Shown: piece by piece, positions 22,300 through 31,186 of the stretch | Layout of the letters: the number at the start of each line of letters is the position of its first letter | Numbering within the stretch: the first letter of the stretch is position 1 | NCBI GenBank assembly: GCA_963841435.1 | Contig: CAWJCS010000003.1 | Span: 96,001-160,000, forward strand | Direction: 5' to 3' | DNA length: 64,000 nt | DNA from: an uncultured delta proteobacterium | GTDB lineage: Bacteria; Myxococcota_A; Polyangia; Polyangiales; Polyangiaceae | Position numbers and translations under genes: made by a program | Notes under the pieces: generated by a model | Database searches by the model: none | What the model was told of the DNA's origin: nothing | What the model saw: the letters and a program-made list of their open reading frames with translations, nothing else

Positions 22300-23044
22300 T
22301 CTCGCGACGCTGGCTCTGCCTCCGGCGCGCGCCGAGCGGGTGAAGCTCGTCGCGACGGCCCAGGGCGGAATCGCAGTCTGCCCTCGAGCTCGCGCTCGGG
22401 AATGTCCAGACCGACGCGGACCGGTAGGTGTTCGAGGGCAAGACCGCAAGGTCTGGCCGAGCCAAGTTCGGCGGCTCGAACTGGGCGCTGAACGCGGCGA
22501 GCGACCCGTGGCGGTCGAAGAGCAGGGCGTCGAACCGACTGTCCCCGGTGGTGCCGTCGACCATCGCCACCAGATCGGCGTCGAAACCGTCGATAGACCA
22601 GGGCGCCGTCCGGCGCGCGCTGGCCCTCGTCCCAGCGACCGCTACCGAGCCATGCAGATTCACGAGCTCGGCGCGCGTCGCACCTGGGCGCGGCAGCTCC
22701 ACTTGAAGACCAAATACGAGCAGCGGGGCGGGCAACTTTCCTTTGCAGCGCGTTCGGGCCGTGGCCAAGTGCTCGACCGTCGCAGCACCTGGAGCGGTGA
22801 TCTGCTGGCGCGCCTCCGGGCGCCGCAGTGGCCCGGCTCCGGCGACTTGAACCTGAACGCGGATCTCGAGCTCCAGGGCTTTCCGTCGGGACCAGTACCG
22901 CAGCTGTCCGGAGTTGCAGAAGCGCGCGTGCCCGGCCTCCGCGGGTCGCTGCGAGCCGCGGAGGGGGCGCGTCGGCGCTCGATCTCATCTGGCGGCACCG
23001 CCCCCGGGCGGGCGGCTCGGCGGTGGGCGACCGAGCCCTTCTGA
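22300..23044. pseudogene. Possible decayed, rearranged TamB/AsmA-like fragments
   Basis: Beta-rich, protein-like pieces on opposite strands: minus PWSIDGFDADLVAMVDG...ALEHLPVRVGLDIPERELE; plus YEQRGGQLSFAA...WSGDLLARL...LNADLELQGFP. Family call is by eye only. Confidence 0.25.
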
Positions 23045-23113
23045 CATGCTGCGCGAGCGACAGCGAGGCGATTCTGTTGCGTGCTGCGAGGCGCCGGGAC
23101 GGAGCGATCGGGA

Positions 23114-23129
23114 TGGAACGCTCCATGCA
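23114..23129 (+). promoter_or_regulatory. sigma54-type promoter
   Basis: TGGAACG-CTCC-ATGCA before the YihY-like gene. Confidence 0.6.
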
Positions 23130-23143
23130 AGCCGCGAATCGTG

Positions 23144-24220
23144 ATGCGCTCGACCGGCCCCAGCCTGGAAACGGGCTCTCGTCGCAGCGGCGCCGGAGCG
23201 CGGTTTCGGTCGCTGCGCGAGCAGCTCGCTGAGCGGATCGTCGCGCTGCGACGCTGGCTCATGGGCCCGGCACACCAGATGGTGAACGCGACCCTCGACG
23301 AGTTTGCTCGCGATCGCGGGGACCTGGTCGCGGCAGCGCTGGCGTTCTACACACTGCTCTCGCTCGCGCCGCTCGTCATCATTGCAGTCGCGGTCGCAGG
23401 CGCGGTGCTCGGGCGCAGCACCGCGCAAGTCGAGGTGACCCGACTGCTGCGCGCCTCCATGGGCCCGCGCGCGGCGCAAACGGTGCATGACTGGGTGGTC
23501 CAGGCCGGCGAGTCCGGCGCCATCGCCTCGGTGGTGGGCGTCGTGCTGATGCTGTTCACGGCGTCGCGTCTCGGCACTCAGCTCAGGACCGCCCTCAATC
23601 AGATCTGGAACGTCAACGTGGAGTTGGCCGAGGGCTTCAAGGCCGCGGTTGCAGACTACGTTCACCGACGCATTTTCGCGTTCGTGCTCGTCTTCGCCTC
23701 CGGTCCTCTGTTGCTGGTGGTGTTCGCGTCGCGCGCCGCGCTGAGCGCGCTGTCCGCCGTGCTCTTCTCGCGGGCGCCCTTCTTGGGGATGCTCGCGCAG
23801 ACGCTGCAAATCGTGCTGTCCGTGTTGCTGGTGGCCGGGATCACGGGCGTCACCTTTCGCGTCATTCCCGATACGCGCGTCGGCTGGAGCGCGATCTGGC
23901 GCGGGGCGCTGCTCACGTCCGTGGCCTTCAACCTGGGCAACGTCGTGGTCGGCCTGTATCTCGGGCGCGCAGGCGTGGTCGCCATGTACGGAGCCGCCGG
24001 CTCGGCCGTGGTGCTCTTGCTATGGCTCTACTTTTCGGCTCAGATTTTTCTGTACGGGGCCGAGTTCACTCAAGTCTACGACCAGCGCTACGGGCAGGAC
24101 TCCAACAGCGCTCGAGCCCTCGAGCGAGTCGAGCGCGCCGGGGCCGGCGCTGCTTCGCCCTCGAGCACGCGGCGAGGCTCGGGCGAGATTCCTGCGAATC
24201 GGCGTGGAAGTCACTCCTGA
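23144..24220 (+). CDS. YihY/virulence factor BrkB family membrane protein
   Basis: AAALAFYTLLSLAPL, ALNQIW, YGAAGSAVVLLLWLYFSAQIFLYGAEF. Confidence 0.9.
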   Translation: MRSTGPSLETGSRRSGAGARFRSLREQLAERIVALRRWLMGPAHQMVNATLDEFARDRGDLVAAALAFYTLLSLAPLVIIAVAVAGAVLGRSTAQVEVTRLLRASMGPRAAQTVHDWVVQAGESGAIASVVGVVLMLFTASRLGTQLRTALNQIWNVNVELAEGFKAAVADYVHRRIFAFVLVFASGPLLLVVFASRAALSALSAVLFSRAPFLGMLAQTLQIVLSVLLVAGITGVTFRVIPDTRVGWSAIWRGALLTSVAFNLGNVVVGLYLGRAGVVAMYGAAGSAVVLLLWLYFSAQIFLYGAEFTQVYDQRYGQDSNSARALERVERAGAGAASPSSTRRGSGEIPANRRGSHS

Positions 24221-24353
24221 CGGCACTCGCACCCTCTTTGGTGCAAGCAACCGCTGGCTCGAACGCACCAGGGCGAGGCTCGAGTGACCGCGTTGGAGGT
24301 TGCTGCGACGGCGTTCGAGGCATGCGGTCGGCGCGGTGGGCCACCAAGGTCTT

Positions 24354-24369
24354 TGGCCCGGAGCTTGCA
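24354..24369 (+). promoter_or_regulatory. sigma54-type promoter
   Basis: TGGCCCG-GAGC-TTGCA upstream of the YtxH-like gene. Confidence 0.75.
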
Positions 24370-24415
24370 ACTCTCGAAGTCGTCCCAACCATCCACCCCA
24401 ACCGGAGGCTCGAAG

Positions 24416-24772
24416 ATGAACACGAAGAAGTTGCTAATGTCACTCGGCGCAACGATCGCGACCAGCCAAATCGCGAAGTCCATTTCCAACGTCACTGCGG
24501 ACGACATGCTCGGCACGGTTGGCCTTGCACGGCGCAGGAGCCACCTGCTCGAAAACATTGGGCTAGTCGCGCTGGGCGCGGCAGCGGGCGCCGGTGTGGC
24601 GTTGCTGCTGGCTCCCGAGAGTGGCACCGAGACGCGTCGCCGCATCGGACGCAAGATGGACGAGCTCGGCGAGAAGGCCAGCGAGGCGGCCCAAAACGTG
24701 AGGCACCAGCTGCCGAACCTCGAGTCAATGCCCTCGACGAGCAACCAAGGGAACACCCACATTCACGGGTGA
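24416..24772 (+). CDS. YtxH-domain protein
   Basis: GAAAGAGVALLLAPESGTETRRRI motif; RBS ggagg. Confidence 0.85.
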   Translation: MNTKKLLMSLGATIATSQIAKSISNVTADDMLGTVGLARRRSHLLENIGLVALGAAAGAGVALLLAPESGTETRRRIGRKMDELGEKASEAAQNVRHQLPNLESMPSTSNQGNTHIHG

Positions 24773-25233
24773 GGGCGTGGTTGCGAGCGCGCCGTTCGCT
24801 CTCGCTTCCGCGAACACGGATCGACCGTCGAGGCCGACTGGCAGAAGCCATCGCGCGCGACAGCCGCGCTGAAAGTGCTGAAAGAACTTCGCGCGTGGTC
24901 CTTCGCCGCGCGGTTTCCCGTGCGCAGGCCTCGCTCGGTCGTGTTGGCGACAGCCACTCATCGCGTGCAACACGAACAGCGCCAGAGCGATCCAGCCTTG
25001 CGGCAGTCTCTGCCACGGCCCCAGGCCGAGGTGCACGCTCGCCCCCGGCCACAATGTGAGATCCGCCGATCAGGCTCGACTGCAGCGGCGCCAGTGAGGC
25101 ATACCGAAAACGCCACGCTGCGGTGCGGGGTCAATAGCAGTGAGGCGCGCTGCAACGAAGGGGCAACCGCCCTCCACTCATTTGCGGCGATAGTTGCCGA
25201 TGTAGCAAGTGCGAAATCTGATCCTTTTCGAGG

Positions 25234-25249
25234 TGGATCGAGAGTTGCA
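25234..25249 (+). promoter_or_regulatory. sigma54-type promoter
   Basis: TGGATCG-AGAG-TTGCA before kinase ATG 25267. Confidence 0.6.
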
Positions 25250-25266
25250 GCGTGCGTGGCGTTAAC

Positions 25267-26776
25267 ATGTCTTACATGCAAGCCCACTGGCCGAGTGATG
25301 ATGTCATTGGAGGACGCACGCGCGGGGACCTGCTCGGCGGAAAGTACGAGCTCATCGAGGTGCTCGGCGTGGGCGCAACGAGCGTGGTTTGGACGGCGCG
25401 CGATCGGGTGCTCGACGTGCTGGTCGCGGTCAAGCTCCTGGAGCACCCTGGCGACGAACGCGAGGAACTCGTGCGGCTCGCCCTGGGCGAGGCGCGCATC
25501 GCGGCGCGGCTGTCCGATCCAGCAATCTGTCGGGTCATCGAGTTCCGCACGACCGAGCTCGGTGATCCCTTCGTGGTGAGTGAGCTCTTGCACGGCGAGA
25601 CCGTGGAAGCGCTGCTCGAACGCGAACACCGACTACCGGCCGTGCGGGCAGTGCGCACGTTTCTGCCGATTCTGGGTGCACTGGAGGTGGCCCACGCGCT
25701 CGGCATCATCCACCGTGACGTCAAACCGTCGAACATCTTCCTGCACGAGCTGTGGGCGGACGGCGCGCAGCCGCGGCTCGTGCAGCCCAAGCTGCTCGAC
25801 TTCGGCATCGCGCGCTCGTTGCTTGAGCCCAAGGCTCCGTCGATCGGGATCTTCGGAACGCCGCACTACATGCCGCCAGAACAAGGATGCGACGGCGAAG
25901 TGGACGAGCGCAGCGACCTGTGGGCTTTCACGGCCAGCTTGTACGAAGCCATCACCGGCGAGGCACCGTTCGACGGCGAGACCGCTGGGGCGGTCCTCAG
26001 GGCCGCGAGCGAGAAGGACGCTCCCCCCTTGCCCTTGGAACATGGAGTCGACCACGAGCTGCGTTCCATCGTGCAGAAAGGGCTCGCGCGCGAGCCCACG
26101 GCCCGCTGGGCGTCGGCGGCCGAGCTCGAACGCGCGCTCACGGAGTGGCTGCTCGCGCACCAGGTCGAAACCGACGTGTCCGGCCGGTCACTGCACACCC
26201 GCCTTCGAGCGCCGACCCCCTCGGAGTTGACGCAGGCGAGTGACCTCGTCGCCGTCGCGGACGGCCGTTCCATCGGAGCCAACCGTACGAGGCTGCCGCG
26301 GAGCCGCTGGGTCGTGGTGCTCGCCGCCGTGCTCACCGCGGCTCTCGCGGCTGCGTTCAGCGGTACCGACGAGAGTCCCTTTTTCGCGCAACGCCTGGGA
26401 CCTACGCCCGCACGTTCACCCCTCTCCCCACCTGTCGTCTCGCCACCGACGGGCGCCGCACGAGCCGCGACTCTCGGCATCGAGGCCGCGGCGACGGCCG
26501 CGACCGCGCCCGCGGCGACGGCCACGATGGAGACTCCGCGGGCGACTGCCGCGCGGATGCTTCCGGCACGTTGACGGACGAAGCCAGCGAGGGAATCGAT
26601 GCCTCACGTGCCCGCGGCTCCCCTTGCGTCCCCCATCACCTCCTCGAGTCACCTCGCGACGACGCCCGCCGAAGTGGGGACGAAGCCGATCTCGCCGTCG
26701 CCATCTCGCACGACGACGAAGCCGCGCGCGACGGCATCCGGGCCGAACGCGCTGGGTTACGACTTTTGGCTTCTGA
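25267..26776 (+). CDS. Membrane Ser/Thr protein kinase; Pro/Thr-rich C-terminal tail disrupted by indels
   Basis: LGVGATS, VAVK, HRDVKPSN, DFG, GTPHYMPPE; TM WVVVLAAVLTAALAAAF. ORF stops at 26574, but the same frame continues to ...NALGYDF, and removing one T of TTTT (26764-67) gives YDFGF* at 26776. Confidence 0.8.
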
Positions 26777-26839
26777 GCGGTGCTCGCGGGACCGCCTCGC
26801 AGGCCCAGCAGCACCAACGGCGCACGCTGGGAACGCGTA

Positions 26840-27136
26840 TCAAACGAGCAGGATCACGATGATGACGCCGAGCAGCACGACGATCGCTGCCGTCGCGCTG
26901 ATGACGACGACGTCACCACCACGAAAGTTCGCTGCTTCTTTCGCAATCGCTTCTCGAATCGCATACCGCTCCTCGTCGGACAAGGGTCCGGTCGACGTGC
27001 GTGGGATGCGGATGACGTGAGTCGATCCCCTGGCGGGCGCCCTCTCCACGAGTGACGTGGAGAGTCTCGCTTGCGCCGGTGCGGCAGCAAGGGAGAGCAT
27101 GAGCGAGCCGATCAGCATGACTCCGAGCTTTTTCAT
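26840..27136 (-). CDS. Putative C39-peptidase substrate: Sec signal + Gly-Gly motif + 24-aa hydrophobic tail (PA2779-like architecture)
   Basis: MKKLGVMLIGSLMLSLAAAPAQA|...YAIREAIAKEAANFRGG|DVVVISATAAIVVLLGVIIVILLV*. Confidence 0.75.
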   Translation of the reverse strand: MKKLGVMLIGSLMLSLAAAPAQARLSTSLVERAPARGSTHVIRIPRTSTGPLSDEERYAIREAIAKEAANFRGGDVVVISATAAIVVLLGVIIVILLV

Positions 27137-27149
27137 GCTCCGACTCCAG

Positions 27150-27165
27150 TGCAAGCGACGTGCCG
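27150..27165 (-). promoter_or_regulatory. sigma54-type promoter
   Basis: Minus strand CGGCACG-TCGC-TTGCA in the 36-nt gap between peptidase stop and precursor start. Confidence 0.75.
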
Positions 27166-27172
27166 CGACCCT

Positions 27173-27781
27173 TCAATCCGGCGCGGCACGCCGGGGGGGC
27201 AGGAAGGCCACAATCGTCACTCCGCGGGTGAGCGCCCATTCCTTGGCGAACCCGGCAAGCTCGTCCAGCTGAAAGCCCTTTCCCGGGTCGAGCAGCAGCA
27301 CGCGCTGGCGTGCGGGCTCGTAGCCCAGCACCAGCTCGTAATGCGCCAGTAGGCGCCCGGAGCCATAGTCCTTGGCGAGGCCGACGATGACGGGACGACC
27401 GCGCCCGAGCTCATAGACGATGTCGCTCATGGTGCCGAAGAACACATAGGAATGCAGGCCCCTGCTGCGCGCATACAGCACCATGTCGCCCGCGCGTAGC
27501 CGCGCGGCGCTTCTGCCGAGTGCCGACTCGATCGCCTGGACGCTTTCCGGCTGGCGCCAGTACTTCAACATGGCCGCGAGTACCGCCGCGCCACAGTCGG
27601 TGCCGTTTTGCTGCCGCACCTCGGGGAACGAACGCACCGCGAGCCATTCGCCATTCTTCACGACGGCCCGCGGGTTGGCTGCGCGTGCGGTGCCCCGGTA
27701 CGATGCGCAACCGCCGGTGAGAATCCCCAAGAGCACCACGACGACGATCGTCCGAAGCGCGCGACGGCGGCGCGCCTCCAC
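27173..27781 (-). CDS. Stand-alone C39-family cysteine peptidase, lipoprotein
   Basis: Lipobox LTGGC; RQQNGTDCGAA (Gln/Cys), AHYELVLGY (His), LLLDPG (Asp). No ABC domains. Start GTG 27781 or ATG 27844. Confidence 0.85.
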   Translation of the reverse strand: MEARRRRALRTIVVVVLLGILTGGCASYRGTARAANPRAVVKNGEWLAVRSFPEVRQQNGTDCGAAVLAAMLKYWRQPESVQAIESALGRSAARLRAGDMVLYARSRGLHSYVFFGTMSDIVYELGRGRPVIVGLAKDYGSGRLLAHYELVLGYEPARQRVLLLDPGKGFQLDELAGFAKEWALTRGVTIVAFLPPRRAAPD

Positions 27782-28007
27782 GACGCCGAACCCAGTGGAA
27801 GCAGGTGCCACAGCGACCCGAGACGAAAATGGAGCCTGGATCATGGCGCCCACTCCGCAAGAAACGGGCCCGCGCGGGGACGCGGTGGGTGCAACGCCAG
27901 CCGCGACCAATCCCGCTTCGCCGTGGGGCAAGGCCGCCACGTCGCGGGTGCGAGACCTCGTCCCATGACCTGATCGAGGGGCAGCGGACGCCGCGCCTTC
28001 CGCGCTT

Positions 28008-28023
28008 CGGCCCGTGCCTTGCT
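28008..28023 (+). promoter_or_regulatory. sigma54-type promoter
   Basis: CGGCCCG-TGCC-TTGCT before the relic at 28039. Confidence 0.65.
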
Positions 28024-28038
28024 TGGTCCAGGTCCGAC

Positions 28039-28140
28039 ATGGACACGCGTCGTGACCTGCACCTGCTCGACATCCTCGCCGACTTCGAAACCGCAATGCT
28101 CGTCACCCGTGAGGTCAACCCCTTCATTCGAGACCTCTGA
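28039..28140 (+). pseudogene. Truncated N-terminus of general stress protein 26 / pyridoxamine 5'-phosphate oxidase-like protein
   Basis: MDTRRDLHLLDILADFETAMLVTREVNPFIRDL*; DF-x-TAMLVT matches the family N-terminus, then the similarity ends. Confidence 0.55.
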
Positions 28141-28215
28141 GCACGAAACGTCGCCGCCGGCCCCGACACGAGATGGGAATGAGCGCGCTGACGCACGCTC
28201 TCCGCGGCACCGGCG

Positions 28216-29469
28216 TCAAAAGAGCTGCCCGGCGGCGAGATACAAGCCGACCGGGCGCGCATCCGGGGACCACGCTATGTCGCCGCGCAGCACGAAAGAC
28301 TCGCCGCTCGCCCAGCGCACCCCCCCACCGACGCCGTACTTGAGGCCCAGGCCGGTGCCGTCGAGCGTCGGGGCGGGTCGATAGTCGAGCCAGACGCGGC
28401 CGGTATCGAAGAACCCCGTAATACCGAGGACGTTGCCCTTCGAAAATGCGTGAAAGCGCACGAGCTCACTGCGAAGCTCCAGGTTGCCCAAGAGCTTGAT
28501 CTTGCCGTAGTACGCCTGGGCAGGCACGCCGCGCACGCCGTTGCCGCCGCCAATGGCGTAGGTATCGTCGAAGCGGGCAAGCTCGTAGAAGGGCACCTTT
28601 CCGAATAGCGCGTCGGCGACGACCCGTGTCGCGAGGAAGACTTTGGACGCGAGGGGCACGTAGCCGCGAAGCGTAAGGTTCGCGTTGCCATATTCGTAGG
28701 GAAACATCCCCGTTCCGCCCGGCGCCAGAGTCAGGCGGACGCCGTGAAATTGGCCGCGGTGCGTGGAGATCTGGTCGTCACGACTGTCGTAGCTCACCCC
28801 GTACGAGGCCTGGACGACGGCGTGGGGTTCGTCGGTGTGCAGCAGGCGCCGGACGTACGCCGGTCCATTTCGCATGTCCTCGGCCAGCAAGCCGTCTTGT
28901 GGCACGCGCAGCCAATTCTGGGTGTAGGAAAGCCCCCATTCGAGCCGCACGGTGGGGACGACGCGATAGCGAGCGTCAACCCGAAGCGTTGGGTGGGTCC
29001 GGCCGTACTCGTAGCGGGGCAATGTCGGGCTCGTACCGGCCGGCGCGCGCGCCGCATTGCCGAGACCGTAGTATTTGAGATTCTCCTCGCGCGTGAATGA
29101 AATTCGAGTGTCGATCCGAAACCGCTTCGGAATGACGTGGGGCAGCTCGAGCAGGAGGTAGTCGTCGGTGTAGGGAACCTCGAGGTGATCGCCCGCGGGC
29201 TTGAAGGTGACGGAGCCGGCGTTTTCCAGGCGATATAGGAACGGTTCACGGTCGTTCGCCATCTGCGCGTAAGAGGCGACGTAACCGCCGCCGAAGCCAA
29301 CGTCACTGCTTCCGCCAACGACGGGCACGACGATGAGCTCGTGGTCCTTCCCCGACCTGGCCGCTGCCGGGCGCGCGGCAAGCGAACCTGCGAGCACCAT
29401 GGCCTGCACGAAGCCCAGCTGCCCGGCGTTTCTACGAGATCCAGCGAATACGCCGCACACCCCTCTCAC
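28216..29469 (-). CDS. Omp85/BamA-TamA-family beta-barrel without POTRA domains
   Basis: PVVGGSSDVGFGGG, YDSRD, GVRGVP, FFDTGRVW, GVGGGVR, C-terminal GQLF. Start uncertain. Confidence 0.8.
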   Translation of the reverse strand: MRGVCGVFAGSRRNAGQLGFVQAMVLAGSLAARPAAARSGKDHELIVVPVVGGSSDVGFGGGYVASYAQMANDREPFLYRLENAGSVTFKPAGDHLEVPYTDDYLLLELPHVIPKRFRIDTRISFTREENLKYYGLGNAARAPAGTSPTLPRYEYGRTHPTLRVDARYRVVPTVRLEWGLSYTQNWLRVPQDGLLAEDMRNGPAYVRRLLHTDEPHAVVQASYGVSYDSRDDQISTHRGQFHGVRLTLAPGGTGMFPYEYGNANLTLRGYVPLASKVFLATRVVADALFGKVPFYELARFDDTYAIGGGNGVRGVPAQAYYGKIKLLGNLELRSELVRFHAFSKGNVLGITGFFDTGRVWLDYRPAPTLDGTGLGLKYGVGGGVRWASGESFVLRGDIAWSPDARPVGLYLAAGQLF

Positions 29470-29605
29470 TCCACGGAGTCACTGCCCCGGTAAACGGCGA
29501 GCGCCAGAAGGTTCATGATCGGGAGGACCCGCGCATGACGAGCACCACCGTGCAAATTGGGCGCTCCGCCCGATCGCACGCCGGCGAGCGAACACGAGTA
29601 GCGGG

Positions 29606-29621
29606 TGCAGGGGGCGTGCCA
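29606..29621 (-). promoter_or_regulatory. sigma54-type promoter
   Basis: Minus strand TGGCACG-CCCC-CTGCA upstream of the Omp85-like gene. Confidence 0.65.
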
Positions 29622-29890
29622 GCTCGCACCCGCACGAAGACTCGCTTCAATGCAAGGAGCGCAAGGTGGCTTGCGCCGTCGAGCGGGGAGCCTCGCCTCA
29701 CCGTCCCAAAAGCGCCATGGCGCACGCCCGCCCCGGGGAACGGGGAGCACGGGTAACGTTCCCGGAGAGCGCCGACGCGAGCCATCATCGCGCCAAGGAA
29801 AATCGCGCTGGGAAAAGCGTAGCGATGCCGCTCGGGGCGATCTGCCTCGCGCGCGCCGAGGCCCCTCTGAACCCCCTGGCACCGCCGCCT

Positions 29891-29906
29891 GGGTATGTGC
29901 CTTGCA
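29891..29906 (+). promoter_or_regulatory. sigma54-type promoter
   Basis: GGGTATG-TGCC-TTGCA before pqiA. Confidence 0.65.
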
Positions 29907-29923
29907 GCGTTGAACGCGACGTG

Positions 29924-31186
29924 ATGCACGCTCCGCACGAGATTGCCTGCTGCCACGACTGCGGGCTCTTCCAACGGCTTCCCACCGATCCCGGCGAGGG
30001 GGCGATCGTGTGTGCGCGCTGCGAGGGGACGCTGAGCCGCTCGCCGGCAGGCGGCGTGGTCTTGCCAGTGCTCGCCGCCTACGCCGGGCTCGCGCTGCTC
30101 GGGCTCGCGCTCCTCTTCCCCTTTGCGGAGGTCTCGCTGTCGGGAGGACGCTTTGCGTCAACCACGCTCGCCGCCGCGCCGGAGAGCCTGGCTCACGACG
30201 GGTATTGGGGACTATCTGCCGCCGTGTGGACGACCCTCATCGTGCTGCCGGCGCTGCGACTCGGGACGGTGGCGGCGTTCGGCGCGGCGCTGGCCATCGG
30301 TCGGGTGCCGGGCTGGCTCCGGCTGGCCCTTCGGGCGACGACGAAGCTCGTCACCTGGGCCATGCTGGAAGTTTTTCTGGTGGCAGCCGCGATCGCGCTG
30401 TTTCGACTCCGAGTCTGGATGCACGTGGAGCTCGGGCGGGCCGCGATCGCGCTCGCGGGCGCGGCGGCCTGTTCCCTCCTGCTGAATGCGACGTTCGAGC
30501 GTCACGCGTTCTGGCGTCGCGTGGCGCCGCGTCCGACCGGCGAAAACGAGGCGACGGCGCTGCCGGTGGCGTGTACGGAGTGCGATCAAATCGCGCACGC
30601 GCCGGACGGTGTGCCCTGCCCGCGCTGCGGAGCCCGGCTTCACCGCAGAAACGCGCTGAGCGCGCAACGAGCGTGGGGCTTCCTCATCGCGGCGACGTTG
30701 CTCGCCGTGCCCGCGAACCTCATGCCGGTGCTCACGATCACGAAGCTCGGCCGAGGGGGACCCAAAACCATTCTCGGCGGCGTCGCCGAGCTCGCTGACC
30801 GGGGGTTGATGCCGCTCGCCGTGATCGTCTTCGTGGCGAGCATCCTCGTGCCGCTCCTGAAGCTCGGAACGCTCGGGGCGCTGCTGGTCACGACGCACCT
30901 CGAGTCCGGGGCGCGCCTGGCGCTCCGCACCAAGTTCTACCGCGCAACCTGGCTCATCGGCCGCTGGTCGATGATCGACATCTTCGCAACCATGACGCTG
31001 GTCGCGCTCGCGCGCTTCGGCTGGCTCGGCAACGTGCAACCCGAAGCGGGCGCGACCGCCTTCTGCGGCGTGGTGGTCTTCACCATGCTCGCCTCCGAAT
31101 CGTTCGACCCTCGCTCGATGTGGGACGCCGCCGGGCTCAACCCAGCGGTTGGGCTGCAGGACGGCGCCACGGGGGTGTCCTCGTGA
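29924..31186 (+). CDS. pqiA: Paraquat-inducible protein A (two PqiA domains)
   Basis: CHDC..CARC, WAMLEVF, CTEC..CPRC, IGRWSMIDIF, SFDPR. Confidence 0.9.
   Translation: MHAPHEIACCHDCGLFQRLPTDPGEGAIVCARCEGTLSRSPAGGVVLPVLAAYAGLALLGLALLFPFAEVSLSGGRFASTTLAAAPESLAHDGYWGLSAAVWTTLIVLPALRLGTVAAFGAALAIGRVPGWLRLALRATTKLVTWAMLEVFLVAAAIALFRLRVWMHVELGRAAIALAGAAACSLLLNATFERHAFWRRVAPRPTGENEATALPVACTECDQIAHAPDGVPCPRCGARLHRRNALSAQRAWGFLIAATLLAVPANLMPVLTITKLGRGGPKTILGGVAELADRGLMPLAVIVFVASILVPLLKLGTLGALLVTTHLESGARLALRTKFYRATWLIGRWSMIDIFATMTLVALARFGWLGNVQPEAGATAFCGVVVFTMLASESFDPRSMWDAAGLNPAVGLQDGATGVSS

Noticed and set aside
24725-25054. Minus-strand ORF with lipobox-like MSGC
   Set aside because: The downstream sequence is not protein-like in one frame; only a near-miss promoter.
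26572-26574. Selenocysteine or programmed read-through at the kinase TGA
   Set aside because: It lies in a low-complexity tail, and an alternative frame (ADASGTLTDEASEGIDAS) suggests compensating indels.
26840-27781. Classical bacteriocin or RiPP cluster
   Set aside because: No ABC exporter, modification enzyme or immunity gene; the precursor has a Sec signal and the peptidase is a lipoprotein.
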